Source of the DNA: Gammaproteobacteria bacterium
GTDB taxonomy: Bacteria > Pseudomonadota > Gammaproteobacteria > JBNLBB01
Length of the DNA stretch: 57,954 nucleotides
Assembly: GCA_050302415.1 (NCBI GenBank)
Contig: JBNLBB010000002.1
Location: 1 to 57,954 of the forward strand
Direction: 5' to 3'
Shown: positions 42,168-52,184 of the stretch, in pieces
Numbering within the stretch: the stretch's first letter is position 1
How the letters are laid out: the number at the start of each line of letters is the position of its first letter
Notes under the pieces: generated by a model
Told to the model about the DNA's origin: nothing
What the model saw: the letters and a program-made list of their open reading frames with translations, nothing else
Databases searched by the model: none
Position numbers and translations under genes: made by a program

Positions 42168-43744
42168 CCGTTGGTCCTGTTTCCGTCAATGGATGGATTG
42201 AGCAGGCGGCGGATTTCCGGCAGCAGATCACCGGCCAGCATACCCCGCGGCTGCTCACCTGCTGCCGCATCACCGGCGGCCGCATGAACACAGACACCGA
42301 GCCGCGTGGCATCCGTCACCGCCATACCCTGGGCGATCAGTGATCCGATCAACCCGGCCAGCAGGTCACCCATACCCCCGCTGGCCATACCCGCATTGCC
42401 CGCTTTGCAAAGATAGGTAGCGCTGCCGTCCGCCACCAGCGTACCAGCACCCTTCAGCACCGCAACGGCCCCGGTGGCATCGTGCAATGCCTCTACGGCC
42501 ACAAACCGGTCCTGTTCCACTTCCCGCACCGAGCAGTCCAGCAGGCGGGACGCTTCCCCCGGATGTGGGGTGATCACACTGTTGGCGGGCACAGTCAATT
42601 GGTGTTTGGCGATCAGGTTCAGAGCATCGGCGTCCAGCACCAGCGACTTGCCGCAGGCCAGTACCTGTTCCAAAAGAGCGAGCGCCCACGCGCCCTGCCC
42701 CAACCCCGGACCGGCCACCACCGTGTCGGCGGCAGCCACCCAAGGGGCAAGCGCCTCCGCTGCGGAGACCCCGCTCACCATCAACTCGGGCCGCCACAGA
42801 TTCAGGTGGCCCGCGTGGGACTCGTGAGTCGCAATTCGCACCAGGCCGGCACCGGCGCGTGCCGCGGCAGCGGCCGCCAGCAGGGGCGCGCCACTCATGC
42901 CCGGCGCGCCACCGACCACCAGCACCTGACCGCAGGTTCCCTTGTGGGCTGAAGGAGGCCGCAGCGGCAACTGCTGCAACTCAGCTTGGAGATCCAGGGC
43001 ACGTGACGAGATGTCGACGTGGGTATAGACGCCCGGAGGGACTTCCAGATCAAAAAAATCGATCGCGCCACAATGATCCACAGCCTCGCCGGTCAGCATG
43101 CCCTGCTTGAGCCCGATAAAACTGACCGTTCTGGCTGCCCGCACCGCAATTCCCATGACCTGCCCGGTGTCCGCATGAATACCCGATGGAATATCCAGCG
43201 CGACAATGGGCAACCCGGAATCATTCATGGTCTCCACGGCTGCGCTCCACTCCCCGGAGAGCGGGCGGTCCAGCCCGGTACCCACCAGCGCGTCCACCAG
43301 AACGGTGTCCGGCTGGGGCTCAAAATCGGACAACGCCAGTATCTGTCCATCGGCCGCCAACCACTCGTCGCGGGCACGCGCCGCGTCGTCACGCAACAGC
43401 TCCGGACTGGCCACGGCAATCACACGGCATCCCAATCCGGCATCCCGGGCAATTCGCGCGACCACATAGCCGTCGCCGGCATTGTTCCCCACTCCGCAAA
43501 AAATGGTCAGCTCGCGGCTGTGGGGAAAGCGCTCACGAATGACGGAATATGCCGCCGCGCCGGCCCGCGACATCAGGGTAAAGCCGGGAATACCGAACTC
43601 CTCTATCGCCCGGCGATCCAGCTCGCGCACCTGGGCCGCCCGGTAGAGCCCGGTCGGCAGTCGCGTGGTGTCGGTTACTGTAGCCATCCCGCCATTTTCT
43701 ACCACAAACGCAACCGGTAGCGCGTTAGAATTGAAGACTGTCAC
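42164..43744 (-). CDS. nnr: Bifunctional NAD(P)H-hydrate repair enzyme Nnr (epimerase/dehydratase, YjeF family)
   Basis: About 510-526 aa with an N-terminal YjeF_N domain (FCGVGNNAGDGYV) and a C-terminal carbohydrate-kinase-like domain. Start is GTG 43744 or ATG 43687. Confidence 0.9.
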   Translation of the reverse strand: MTVFNSNALPVAFVVENGGMATVTDTTRLPTGLYRAAQVRELDRRAIEEFGIPGFTLMSRAGAAAYSVIRERFPHSRELTIFCGVGNNAGDGYVVARIARDAGLGCRVIAVASPELLRDDAARARDEWLAADGQILALSDFEPQPDTVLVDALVGTGLDRPLSGEWSAAVETMNDSGLPIVALDIPSGIHADTGQVMGIAVRAARTVSFIGLKQGMLTGEAVDHCGAIDFFDLEVPPGVYTHVDISSRALDLQAELQQLPLRPPSAHKGTCGQVLVVGGAPGMSGAPLLAAAAAARAGAGLVRIATHESHAGHLNLWRPELMVSGVSAAEALAPWVAAADTVVAGPGLGQGAWALALLEQVLACGKSLVLDADALNLIAKHQLTVPANSVITPHPGEASRLLDCSVREVEQDRFVAVEALHDATGAVAVLKGAGTLVADGSATYLCKAGNAGMASGGMGDLLAGLIGSLIAQGMAVTDATRLGVCVHAAAGDAAAGEQPRGMLAGDLLPEIRRLLNPSIDGNRTNG

Positions 43745-43761
43745 AGCGCGCCACCCGGATC

Positions 43762-44886
43762 ATGACCACCGAATCGCCCCGTAACCATCTGGACCTGGTC
43801 GTTGACACCATCCGCAGCCAAGCCGTCGCCCTGGAATTCGTCCATGTGGGTATCACCGATATTCGTCTGGATATCTATGAAGCCAGACTGGAACACTGGC
43901 TTGCCGAGGCGATGCACGGGGACATGGACTACATGGCCCGGCACGGACGCAAACGCTCTCGACCCGATGAGTTGATTCCCGGAACACGCCGCGTGATCAC
44001 CGTGGCGCTGCCCTACATGTCGCAGAACCGCGCGGAGTGCGAGGCTGTGCTCAACGAACCCGGCCTAGCGTATATCTCACGCTACGCGGTGGGCCGCGAC
44101 TATCACAAGATCTTGCGCAAACGCCTGCAATTGCTTTGCGATGCCATTCAGCGCCTGATCGGGCCGTTCGGTTATCGCGTGTTTGTCGACAGTGGACCGG
44201 TTCTGGAAAAGCCGCTGGCCGAGAAATCGGGTATCGGATGGATCGGAAAACACGCCAATATCATCAACCGGCACACCGGATCCTGGTTTTTTTTAGGAGA
44301 GATACTGACTGACCTGGAGCTACCGGTAACCGCTCCATCGACTCCACATTGCGGCACCTGTACGGCGTGCATGGACGTGTGCCCCACTCAGGCAATTGTC
44401 GCGCCCTACGTGGTCGATGCCAGGCGCTGTATCTCCTACCTGACCATCGAACACCACGGCAGCATACCCCTCGAATTCCGCCCCCAGATCGGCAACCGGA
44501 TTTACGGATGCGACGACTGCCAACTGGTCTGTCCCTGGAACAGCAACCACACCGTCATACCGGAGTCGGAGTTCTCCGCACGTCACGGCCTGGACAGCGC
44601 ACGGTTGACCGAACTCTTCAGTTGGTCGGAAGGCGATTTCAATCACAGATTGGAAGGTAGCCCGATCCGGCGAATCGGCCACGAGCGCTGGCTCAGAAAC
44701 ATCGCTGTCGCGCTGGGCAATTCGGCAGCAGGCGGGGAAACACGGCAACTACTGGAAAAACGGGCGGGTGACTCTTCAGCGCTGGTTGCCGAACATGCCC
44801 GATGGGCCCTGCAGCAGCTGGACGCCCGCGGTCGGTCCGGCAATCACCAACCTGCCGCGACGCCGCTGCAGGCCGGTGCCAGCTAG
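43762..44886 (+). CDS. queG: Epoxyqueuosine reductase QueG
   Basis: 374 aa with two ferredoxin-type clusters (CGTCTACMDVCP and CDDCQLVCPWN) and C-terminal HEAT-like repeats. Confidence 0.92.
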   Translation: MTTESPRNHLDLVVDTIRSQAVALEFVHVGITDIRLDIYEARLEHWLAEAMHGDMDYMARHGRKRSRPDELIPGTRRVITVALPYMSQNRAECEAVLNEPGLAYISRYAVGRDYHKILRKRLQLLCDAIQRLIGPFGYRVFVDSGPVLEKPLAEKSGIGWIGKHANIINRHTGSWFFLGEILTDLELPVTAPSTPHCGTCTACMDVCPTQAIVAPYVVDARRCISYLTIEHHGSIPLEFRPQIGNRIYGCDDCQLVCPWNSNHTVIPESEFSARHGLDSARLTELFSWSEGDFNHRLEGSPIRRIGHERWLRNIAVALGNSAAGGETRQLLEKRAGDSSALVAEHARWALQQLDARGRSGNHQPAATPLQAGAS

Positions 44887-44893
44887 CGGGCGG

Positions 44894-46030
44894 TCAACGC
44901 TCGGGACTGCGCAGCGATTCGTCTTCAGAGCCATCCATCAGCGAGGCCTGAACCGTGTAGATCTTGTCCAGCTGTGCCAGGAAGGCGTCCACACACTCCG
45001 GGTCAAACTGCTGGCCGCGCTGGTCCTTGATGTACTCAATAGCCTGCTCCCGGACCCAGGGGCGTTTGTAAGGCCGGCGCGAAGTGAGCGAGTCGTAGAC
45101 ATCCGCGACTGAAACGATGCGCGCGCTGATCGGTATCTCATCGCCCTTCAGCCCGCGCGGGTAACCTTCACCGTTCACCTGCTCGTGGTGCGCCAGGGCA
45201 ATGATGGCGCCGGTCTGCAAATATTTGGACGGGCTGTCTTTCAGCATTTCATAACCGATGCGGGTGTGGTCCTGCATCAAGAGACGTTCGGATTCGGTGT
45301 AGCGACCCATCTTCTGCAGCACACCGTCCGGAATGCCCACCTTGCCGATGTCGTGCAGCGCGGCGGCCAGTCCAATGGTGTCGCACTCATCGGCGGACAT
45401 GCCGAGCCTGGCCGCGATCAGCCGGGAATACTGGGAAACCCGCAGCACGTGATTCTGCGTATCCTCATCGCGGTACTCGCCCACCTTTGCCAGACGCAAC
45501 AGGGTTTCCCGCTCGCGGTTGCGGATCTCCTGGGTGGCCACGGAGACCTGCTCTTCGAGCCACGATGCCCGGTCCTTGATGATCTTCTGCTGCTTGTGCA
45601 TCCGCAGCAGATTGCGGCAGCGGGCACCGCACTCATGGTGATCCACCGGCTTGGTCAGAAAATCGGTGGCACCGGCCTCCAGCGCCTGATAGCGGACATT
45701 TCGGTCTTCGACTACGGTAATCATGATTACCGGTACCTCGGCAAGTGACTCCACAGTGCGTAGGCGGCGAATGAATTCCACCCCATCCATTTCCGGCATC
45801 TTGTAATCGGTAACGATCAGGTCAACGTTGCTCGTCTCACACCAGACGAGGGCTTCCAGACCGGATTCGAAGAGCTGGATGGTGACGTCGGGAAGAGATT
45901 TGCGAATGATCTGGGAGAGCACATCGCGCCCCAGTGGCTGATCATCGATCAGCACGACCGAACAACCCACCCCGGTTTCCGCATCGACGGAGGAGTTCCA
46001 ATCTCCAACGCTGTCCCGCACCAAATGCAT
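44894..46030 (-). CDS. Response regulator with HD-GYP domain (RpfG-type c-di-GMP phosphodiesterase)
   Basis: 378 aa. It has a REC domain (DLIVTDYKMPEMDG) and an HD-GYP domain (ALHDIGKVGIP ... HHEQVNGEGYPRG). Confidence 0.88.
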   Translation of the reverse strand: MHLVRDSVGDWNSSVDAETGVGCSVVLIDDQPLGRDVLSQIIRKSLPDVTIQLFESGLEALVWCETSNVDLIVTDYKMPEMDGVEFIRRLRTVESLAEVPVIMITVVEDRNVRYQALEAGATDFLTKPVDHHECGARCRNLLRMHKQQKIIKDRASWLEEQVSVATQEIRNRERETLLRLAKVGEYRDEDTQNHVLRVSQYSRLIAARLGMSADECDTIGLAAALHDIGKVGIPDGVLQKMGRYTESERLLMQDHTRIGYEMLKDSPSKYLQTGAIIALAHHEQVNGEGYPRGLKGDEIPISARIVSVADVYDSLTSRRPYKRPWVREQAIEYIKDQRGQQFDPECVDAFLAQLDKIYTVQASLMDGSEDESLRSPER

Positions 46031-46195
46031 AGAAAGCCCCGATGTATCTAGTAATAATTGGTTTCAATGACCACAGGCAATGGTCGAGTATACGTGAATC
46101 ATTGCCTGTGCACGACACCTTCGATAGCCATCGCGCCCGGTATAAAAACCCCTCGATTAAAAGGCTAATTCCGGAATCCGGTCGGCGTTGCGGCC

Positions 46196-46747
46196 CTATA
46201 CCGGCAGGCGAAAGAATTTCTCGCGGTAATACTGCAGTTCCCGGATGGACTCCCGGATATCATCCAGCGCCAGGTGGGTCCCCGCTTTGCGAAAGCCCGC
46301 CGCCAGTCCCGGATCCCAGCGCCGCGCAAGTTCCTTGACTGTGCTCACATCCAGATTGCGGTAGTGGAAAAAACGCTCCAGGTCCGGCATCCATCGATAG
46401 AGAAAGCGACGATCCTGGCAGATACTGTTCCCGCACATGGGCGAGGTCGCGGCAGGTACGAACTCCACCAGGAATTCTATGGTCCTGGCCGCGGCGGTGG
46501 CCTCATCGATCTGGCTGCTGCGCACCCGCTCCACCAGCCCCGAGCCACCATGCTGCCGCTGGTTCCATTCATCCATTCCCGCCAGTACCTCATCCGATTG
46601 GTAGACCGCCAGAACCGGGCCTTCGGCAATCGGATTCAATACCTGATCGGTGACGATGGTGGCAATTTCGATGATTCGATCCGTGTCGGGATCTAGGCCG
46701 GTCATTTCGAGATCGATCCATATCAGATTGGTGGCGTTTTGTGTCAT
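46196..46747 (-). CDS. orn: Oligoribonuclease
   Basis: 183 aa from [29 protein letters not shown], with DEDDh exonuclease motifs. The start is trimmed from the track ORF. Confidence 0.95.
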   Translation of the reverse strand: MTQNATNLIWIDLEMTGLDPDTDRIIEIATIVTDQVLNPIAEGPVLAVYQSDEVLAGMDEWNQRQHGGSGLVERVRSSQIDEATAAARTIEFLVEFVPAATSPMCGNSICQDRRFLYRWMPDLERFFHYRNLDVSTVKELARRWDPGLAAGFRKAGTHLALDDIRESIRELQYYREKFFRLPV

Positions 46748-46825
46748 GCTTGGCCGGTCGGGTAGTATGCTTCGTTGCGCACATCTTAGACCAAACTGAC
46801 CTTGAGGCACGATTCAATCAAATTC

Positions 46826-48100
46826 ATGGAACCAGCTCACAATTTCACACTGTTGTTTGTCTCTGCCGTCGCCCTCTCCCTGATGCTTGAATTCTGGCTC
46901 AATGCCCGACAGGCACGCCATGTGCGCATCCATCGTGACCAGGTTCCCGACTCCTTTGCGGAATCCATCGGCTTGGCAGATCACCGCAAAGCTGCTGACT
47001 ACACCACTGCGAAGCTCAAACTGGGCAGCATCCATACAGTCTGGTCATTCCTACTGCTGCTGGCCTGGACGCTGGGTGGCGGCCTGCAACAGCTCGACTC
47101 GCTGTGGACGGGCAGCGCGGATTCTGCCCTGGTCGTCGGCACGCTGGTGATTGTCTCGTTCGCCCTGATCGGCGCGCTCCTGGATCTGCCGTTTTCCGCC
47201 TATCGGACTTTCGTGCTCGAAGAGCGGTTTGGTTTCAACAACACCCAGATCAACACCTGGCTGACGGACCTGCTCAAATCTCTGGTCCTGTCACTGGCCA
47301 TCGGTACGCCACTGGTCGCCGTCGTGCTGTGGCTGATGATCAGCGCGGGGGTCTACTGGTGGTTATGGGCCTGGCTGGTGTGGCTCACCTTCAGCCTCAC
47401 CATGATCTGGATTTTCCCCACCTACATTGCTCCGCTGTTCAACAAATTCAGCCCCCTGGAAGACCAGGAACTGAAGCGGCGTATTGAGCAATTGATGGCC
47501 CGATGCGGTTTTCACAGTGAGGGGCTGTTTGTGATGGATGGTTCGCGCCGCTCTTCGCACGGCAACGCCTACTTCACCGGTTTGGGGCAGAACAAGCGCA
47601 TCGTCTTTTTCGATACCCTCCTGGAGCGTCTCAACGGCGAAGAGATCGAGGCTGTGCTCGCCCATGAGCTGGGCCATTTCCGACTGCACCATATCCGCAA
47701 AAGACTGTTCACCAGTGCCCTGGCCACCCTTGCCGGGTTGGCGGTACTCGGCTGGTTGGCCCAGGAAGAGTGGTTTTATGCGGGGCTGGGGGTCGACTCC
47801 CCGTCGGCTCACCTGGCGTTGCTTCTCTTCTTGCTGGTTGCACCGGTCTTCTCCCTGTTCCTGCAACCCATTGGCGCCTATTTCCAGCGCAAACACGAAT
47901 TCGAGGCCGATGCATTCGCGGCACGCCACACCCGGGCGGACGACCTGGTATCCGCACTGGTCAAACTGTATCGCGACAATGCCAGCACCCTCACGCCCGA
48001 TCCGCTCTACTCCGCCATGCACGATTCCCACCCCCCAGCGCCGATCCGGGTGGCGAGCCTGCAGCGCCATGCAATGCAGCAGCCGGGAGCTGCGAGCTAG
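46826..48100 (+). CDS. M48 family (Ste24-like) membrane zinc metallopeptidase
   Basis: About 424 aa with multiple TM helices and the HELGHFRLHH (HExxH) motif. ATG 46826; the track start 46802 is TTG. Confidence 0.88.
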   Translation: MEPAHNFTLLFVSAVALSLMLEFWLNARQARHVRIHRDQVPDSFAESIGLADHRKAADYTTAKLKLGSIHTVWSFLLLLAWTLGGGLQQLDSLWTGSADSALVVGTLVIVSFALIGALLDLPFSAYRTFVLEERFGFNNTQINTWLTDLLKSLVLSLAIGTPLVAVVLWLMISAGVYWWLWAWLVWLTFSLTMIWIFPTYIAPLFNKFSPLEDQELKRRIEQLMARCGFHSEGLFVMDGSRRSSHGNAYFTGLGQNKRIVFFDTLLERLNGEEIEAVLAHELGHFRLHHIRKRLFTSALATLAGLAVLGWLAQEEWFYAGLGVDSPSAHLALLLFLLVAPVFSLFLQPIGAYFQRKHEFEADAFAARHTRADDLVSALVKLYRDNASTLTPDPLYSAMHDSHPPAPIRVASLQRHAMQQPGAAS

Positions 48101-48153
48101 TCGCGCCGCGCTGATCGCAACGTCATGAATCCTCCCCAACCGTCGACGACTTG

Positions 48154-49191
48154 ATGGCCCGCCGTCAGCTCAACCACAAACAGCAGCGCGCTGTTCAACG
48201 CATTCAGTCGCGCCGGCAGCAGCGAGCCCGACAGTTTTCCGAAACCGCACTCGATGAGCTGGAAGAGGGACCACTCAGCGCCGAGCAGTCCGGGCGGTTG
48301 ATTGTCAATTACGGTCGCGCCGTGGTGGTCGAGGATGACGCGGGCAACCTGCACAACTGCATTATGCGGCGCAATTTGGGTGATCTCGCCTGCGGCGATC
48401 GAGTGGTATTCCAGACCAGCGCACAGAACCTGGGAGTGGTCAGCGCTTTGCTGCCACGAAACAATGTCCTGGAGCGCCCCGACTACAGTGGACGGCTGAA
48501 ACCGCTTGCCGCCAATCTTGATCAGCTCTTCATCGTACTCGCACCGAAACCGGAGTTTGTACCGGTGGTGGTGGACCGCTTCCTGGTGGCGGCAGAACTC
48601 TCGGGGGTTGAGGCACACCTGCTGCTCAACAAAACTGATCTGCTGGGCGCGGATCAGGCGCTGGCAGAGCGATTGGCGGACAAGCTGGCTCCCTACACCC
48701 GTATGGGCTACCCCCTGCTGCAGACCAGCGCAAAAACGGGGGGCGGCGAGGCGGAGCTGAGGGCCGGACTCATTGGCAGGAGCAGCATGCTGGTGGGACA
48801 GTCCGGTGTGGGCAAATCATCGCTCATCAACCATCTGCTGCCCGACCGCGATGTCCGCGTGGGTGGTCTATCTGAGACATCGGGCAAAGGGCGGCACACC
48901 ACCAGCACCACCACGCTGTACCACCTGCCGGATGGCGGTGAGTTGATCGATTCGCCCGGCGTGTGGGAATTTGGTCTGCCGCCGATGGATGCCGATCGGC
49001 TGGCCTGGGCATTTGCTGACATCCGACCGCACTTGGGGCACTGCCGGTTCAACGACTGCCGGCATCGTGACGAACCGGAATGCGCCGTGAAGCGGGCTGA
49101 GGCGGAAGGTTTGATCAGTTCGGAGAGGCTGGCCAGCTATTTCGCGCTCGTCGCTGAACTCTGCGCGGGCGAAAATCCGGGCGTGGGCTAG
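48154..49191 (+). CDS. rsgA: Ribosome small-subunit-dependent GTPase RsgA
   Basis: It has an OB-fold N-terminus, circularly permuted GTPase motifs ([20 protein letters not shown]) and the zinc motif [14 protein letters not shown]. Confidence 0.94.
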   Translation: MARRQLNHKQQRAVQRIQSRRQQRARQFSETALDELEEGPLSAEQSGRLIVNYGRAVVVEDDAGNLHNCIMRRNLGDLACGDRVVFQTSAQNLGVVSALLPRNNVLERPDYSGRLKPLAANLDQLFIVLAPKPEFVPVVVDRFLVAAELSGVEAHLLLNKTDLLGADQALAERLADKLAPYTRMGYPLLQTSAKTGGGEAELRAGLIGRSSMLVGQSGVGKSSLINHLLPDRDVRVGGLSETSGKGRHTTSTTTLYHLPDGGELIDSPGVWEFGLPPMDADRLAWAFADIRPHLGHCRFNDCRHRDEPECAVKRAEAEGLISSERLASYFALVAELCAGENPGVG

Positions 49192-49784
49192 AGCTCTCGC
49201 CTGCCTTCGAAGGCATGCGACAGCGTCCGCCCGTCAATGTATTCCAGTTCGCCACCCAGCGGTACGCCATGGGCAATTCGGGTTGCCCGAATTCCCCGTT
49301 CCCGCGCCATTTCGCCAACATAGTGCGCCGTCGCCTCACCTTCCACGGTGGGGTTCGTGGCCAGGATCACTTCACTCACACCACCGGCGTCCAGTCGCTG
49401 GGCCAACAGCTCCAGCCCCAGTTCGCGGGGCCCGATGCCATCCAGGGGCGACAGGTGCCCCATCAGCACAAAATATCGTCCGCGGTACGCCTGCGCAGAC
49501 TCCATGGCCATCACGTCGGCTGGGGATTCGACCACGCATATCTGATCACCCGTCCGTTTCGGGTTCGCGCAGATGGTGCACTCCGCCTCCTCGGTGAGAA
49601 TCCGGCAGTGGCGGCAATACCCCACGTGATCCGCTGCATCCAGCAGCGCAGCGGCCAGTTTGCGCGCCCCTTCGCGGTCGCGCTCCAGCAGCTGAAAGGC
49701 AATGCGCTGTCCCGATTTGGGCCCGACGCCGGGCAGACAGCGCAGTGCCGAGACAAGCTGATCGATGAGGGGCGACAGCGACAT
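49188..49784 (-). CDS. recR: Recombination protein RecR
   Basis: 198 aa with an HhH motif, the Cys4 finger [16 protein letters not shown] and a Toprim domain. Confidence 0.96.
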   Translation of the reverse strand: MSLSPLIDQLVSALRCLPGVGPKSGQRIAFQLLERDREGARKLAAALLDAADHVGYCRHCRILTEEAECTICANPKRTGDQICVVESPADVMAMESAQAYRGRYFVLMGHLSPLDGIGPRELGLELLAQRLDAGGVSEVILATNPTVEGEATAHYVGEMARERGIRATRIAHGVPLGGELEYIDGRTLSHAFEGRREL

Positions 49785-50110
49785 CAGAATGGCAGTTTGA
49801 AACCGGGAGGCAGGCTCATGCCGGCGGTCATCTGTGCATAGCTCTCCTTGGTGGTCTGCTCAATGCGATGCACGGCATCGTTGATGGCTGCGGCGATCAG
49901 GTCCTCGACCATTTCCACATCGTCGTCAGCGAGCAGCTGTGGATCAAGCACCACGCGGCGCACCTCATGCTTGCCGGTCATGGTGACCTTGACCATTCCG
50001 GCCCCCGATTCGCCGGTTACTTCCATGCGCGCCAGCTCTTCCTGTGCCCGCTGCATGTTCTCCTGCATCTTCTGGGCCTGTTTCATCAGGTTGCCCAATC
50101 CGCCTTTCAT
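49784..50110 (-). CDS. ybaB: Nucleoid-associated protein YbaB/EbfC
   Basis: 108 aa, [26 protein letters not shown]. It lies between dnaX and recR. Confidence 0.95.
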   Translation of the reverse strand: MKGGLGNLMKQAQKMQENMQRAQEELARMEVTGESGAGMVKVTMTGKHEVRRVVLDPQLLADDDVEMVEDLIAAAINDAVHRIEQTTKESYAQMTAGMSLPPGFKLPF

Positions 50111-50129
50111 ACGCTCTCCTCAAACGGGT

Positions 50130-51746
50130 TCAGTTCTGGATTCCAGTCGGTTTGATCGATCCTTCACAGACCGTCGCGCCAAATTTCTCTTCGAGCGAGC
50201 GAACCAGCGGATCGCTTTCGATCGCCTCCTCGGCGGCCGCCTGGCGCGCTTCGGCAGCCTGGGCTGCGCGACGTGCGGGGGTCTCTATGTCGCCGCCGTT
50301 GATTTCAAATTTCAGGCGTTTCACCCCGCAGGTCGCGCCGAGTGCCGCCAGCAGTTTCTCCTCCAGGGTGCTGCTGAGCAGCCCCTTGTGGGCGGCATCC
50401 AGCTCCAGCACCCAGCTCTCGGCCTCCCGGGTCTTCAGCCGACACTGGCGTGCAAGCTGCAATGCCATCCCGCCCAGATCCAGCCTGCCAAGAATCTGCT
50501 CCCATGGATCATCGGCGGCAGGTCCGGCGACCTGCGCCTGTCCGACGTTCGCGGGAGGGGCCGGCCTGGGCGCCGGTGGTTCGGTACGGACGGGCGCCTG
50601 GGGTATGGCCGACGAAGTCCGATTCCGTTGCGGGGTCGGTGCACCACCACCGGAAAAATCCATCTCCACAGTTTTGAAGGCGAGCATGCGCAGTGCCACC
50701 ATTTCGAAACCCACCGCCTCGTCGGGCGCCAGCGGCAGGTCACGCCGCCCATGCAGCGCAATCTGATAGTAGAGCTGCACCAGTTCCGGCGTCAGACCCG
50801 CGGCCAGTTCCGCCGCCGCGCCACCATCCTCACCATCGGCCATGGTGTCACCCACCATCTGGATCAGGGCAGTGCGCTGCAGTGCGCCGATCAGTTCAGC
50901 CAGCAGCCCCATGAAATCCGGAGTCCCCTGGCTCCATTCCCGAATCTGCGCAATCACTGAGGCCGCATCGCCCGCGGCAATCGCCGAGAGCAGATTCCAC
51001 ACCAGCTTGCGATCCACGGCACCCATCATCTGGCGCACATCCGCTTCGTTGACCCCACCGGCACCGTAGGCGATCGCCTGGTCCATCAGGCTGAGTGCAT
51101 CGCGCATGCTGCCATCGGCACCCCGGGCGATCAGCTCGAGGGCCGGCGCTTCGAAGCCGATCGCCTCCGCTTCCAGAATCCGGGTGAGCTGGTCAACAAT
51201 CTGGGTCATCTGCAGCCGTTTGAGGCTGAATTGCAGACAGCGGGAAAGAATGGTCACCGGCAACTTCTGCGGATCCGTGGTCGCCAGCAGAAACTTCACA
51301 TGGGGTGGCGGCTCCTCCAGGGTCTTGAGCAACGCATTGAAGCTGTGTCCCGAGAGCATGTGAACTTCGTCAATGAGATAGACCTTGTAGCGTCCGCGGG
51401 TCGGGGCGTACTGCACGTTTTCAAGCAGCTCGCGCGTATCCTCCACCTTGGTGCGCGATGCCGCGTCCACTTCAATCAGATCGACAAACCTGCCGCTATC
51501 CACCTCTTCGCAACTGGAGCACTTGCCGCAGGGCCGCGAACTGACGCCGGTTTCGCAGTTGAGGGATTTGGCGAATATCCGGGCGATGGTGGTTTTACCC
51601 ACACCCCGGGTGCCGGTGAAGAGGAACGCGTGGTGGACCTGGTTACGGTCAAGGGCGTTGGCCAGTGCGCGGACCACATGCTCCTGCCCCACCAATTCGT
51701 CGAACCGTCGGGGACGCCACTTTCTCGCGAGAACCTGATACGACAT
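50130..51746 (-). CDS. dnaX: DNA polymerase III subunit gamma/tau
   Basis: 538 aa. Contains MSYQVLARKWRP, Walker A GTRGVGKTT and a Cys4 zinc module (CETGVSSRPCGKCSSC). Confidence 0.96.
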   Translation of the reverse strand: MSYQVLARKWRPRRFDELVGQEHVVRALANALDRNQVHHAFLFTGTRGVGKTTIARIFAKSLNCETGVSSRPCGKCSSCEEVDSGRFVDLIEVDAASRTKVEDTRELLENVQYAPTRGRYKVYLIDEVHMLSGHSFNALLKTLEEPPPHVKFLLATTDPQKLPVTILSRCLQFSLKRLQMTQIVDQLTRILEAEAIGFEAPALELIARGADGSMRDALSLMDQAIAYGAGGVNEADVRQMMGAVDRKLVWNLLSAIAAGDAASVIAQIREWSQGTPDFMGLLAELIGALQRTALIQMVGDTMADGEDGGAAAELAAGLTPELVQLYYQIALHGRRDLPLAPDEAVGFEMVALRMLAFKTVEMDFSGGGAPTPQRNRTSSAIPQAPVRTEPPAPRPAPPANVGQAQVAGPAADDPWEQILGRLDLGGMALQLARQCRLKTREAESWVLELDAAHKGLLSSTLEEKLLAALGATCGVKRLKFEINGGDIETPARRAAQAAEARQAAAEEAIESDPLVRSLEEKFGATVCEGSIKPTGIQN

Positions 51747-51798
51747 GCTACCTGCTGAATCAATCAGTTACGAAGCTGCGCGGGTGACACGTCAGGGA

Positions 51799-51910
51799 GG
51801 CGGCCCACATCCAGCCACACCCCGGCGCCCGAGTCCGCTGCTGCGGCTGCTCCCTTCCGGGCCTGACCGGGTTCACAACCTATCGTCGCGGGGGGACCGG
51901 CGTGGGCCGC
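51799..51910 (-). ncRNA. ffs: SRP RNA (4.5S RNA)
   Basis: The minus strand reads GGCCCACGCCGG...AACCCGGUCAGGCCCGGAAGGGAGCAGCCGCAGC...GGAUGUGGGCC. The domain IV core matches E. coli GGUCAGGUCCGGAAGGAAGCAGCC, and the terminal helix closes as GGCCCAC/GUGGGCC. It lies upstream of dnaX, an ffs-dnaX-ybaB-recR order I recall from Bacillus subtilis. The ends are good to about 5 nt. Confidence 0.88.
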
Positions 51911-51954
51911 CATAAACACTGATTCGACCGAAGCTGACCACGCAAAGGCCGAGC

Positions 51955-51960
51955 ATTATA
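51955..51960 (-). promoter_or_regulatory. Consensus -10 hexamer (TATAAT) likely driving the ffs precursor
   Basis: A perfect TATAAT lies on the minus strand about 45 nt upstream of the mature 4.5S 5' end and just downstream of the 51986-52011 terminator. I found no good -35. Confidence 0.45.
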
Positions 51961-51985
51961 GCGCAAGGATCTGGCACCCGACAGG

Positions 51986-52011
51986 CAAAAAAAGGGCACC
52001 TAGCGGTGCCC
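51986..52011 (-). terminator. Intrinsic terminator ending the small-ORF transcript
   Basis: Minus-strand hairpin GGGCACC-GCUA-GGUGCCC followed by UUUUUUU. Confidence 0.85.
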
Positions 52012-52034
52012 GAGTGTTGCCGTGGTTTAGGGGT

Positions 52035-52165
52035 AAAAACGCGGCGGCCCTGTGTGCCCTATTCGGCACACACCTTCCTGGTACCCCGTCCATCCCTGGA
52101 GACACCCGTGTGGAATCTGGGATTCCTGCCGCCGCAAGGTCTGAAAGACCTGAGGTGTCTGGGGT
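52035..52165 (-). other. Highly structured 3' element (four local hairpins plus two interleaved long-range helices)
   Basis: Perfect hairpins at 52052-52071, 52112-52126 and 52137-52151. Long-range pairs are 52041-52048 with 52128-52135 (GCGGCGGC/GCCGCCGC) and 52100-52106 with 52154-52160 (AGACACC/GGTGTCT). See findings. Confidence 0.4.
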
Positions 52166-52184
52166 CAACCTTAGTGGCGGAGGG

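Noticed and set aside
50130-51746. Programmed -1 frameshift site in dnaX (A AAA AAG, as in E. coli gamma/tau).
   Set aside because: I checked the plus-strand lines 50101-50760, which include the region equivalent to E. coli codons 428-430, and found no CTTTTTT or T7 run. I did not scan 50761-51746 line by line. No heptamer slippery site is evident.
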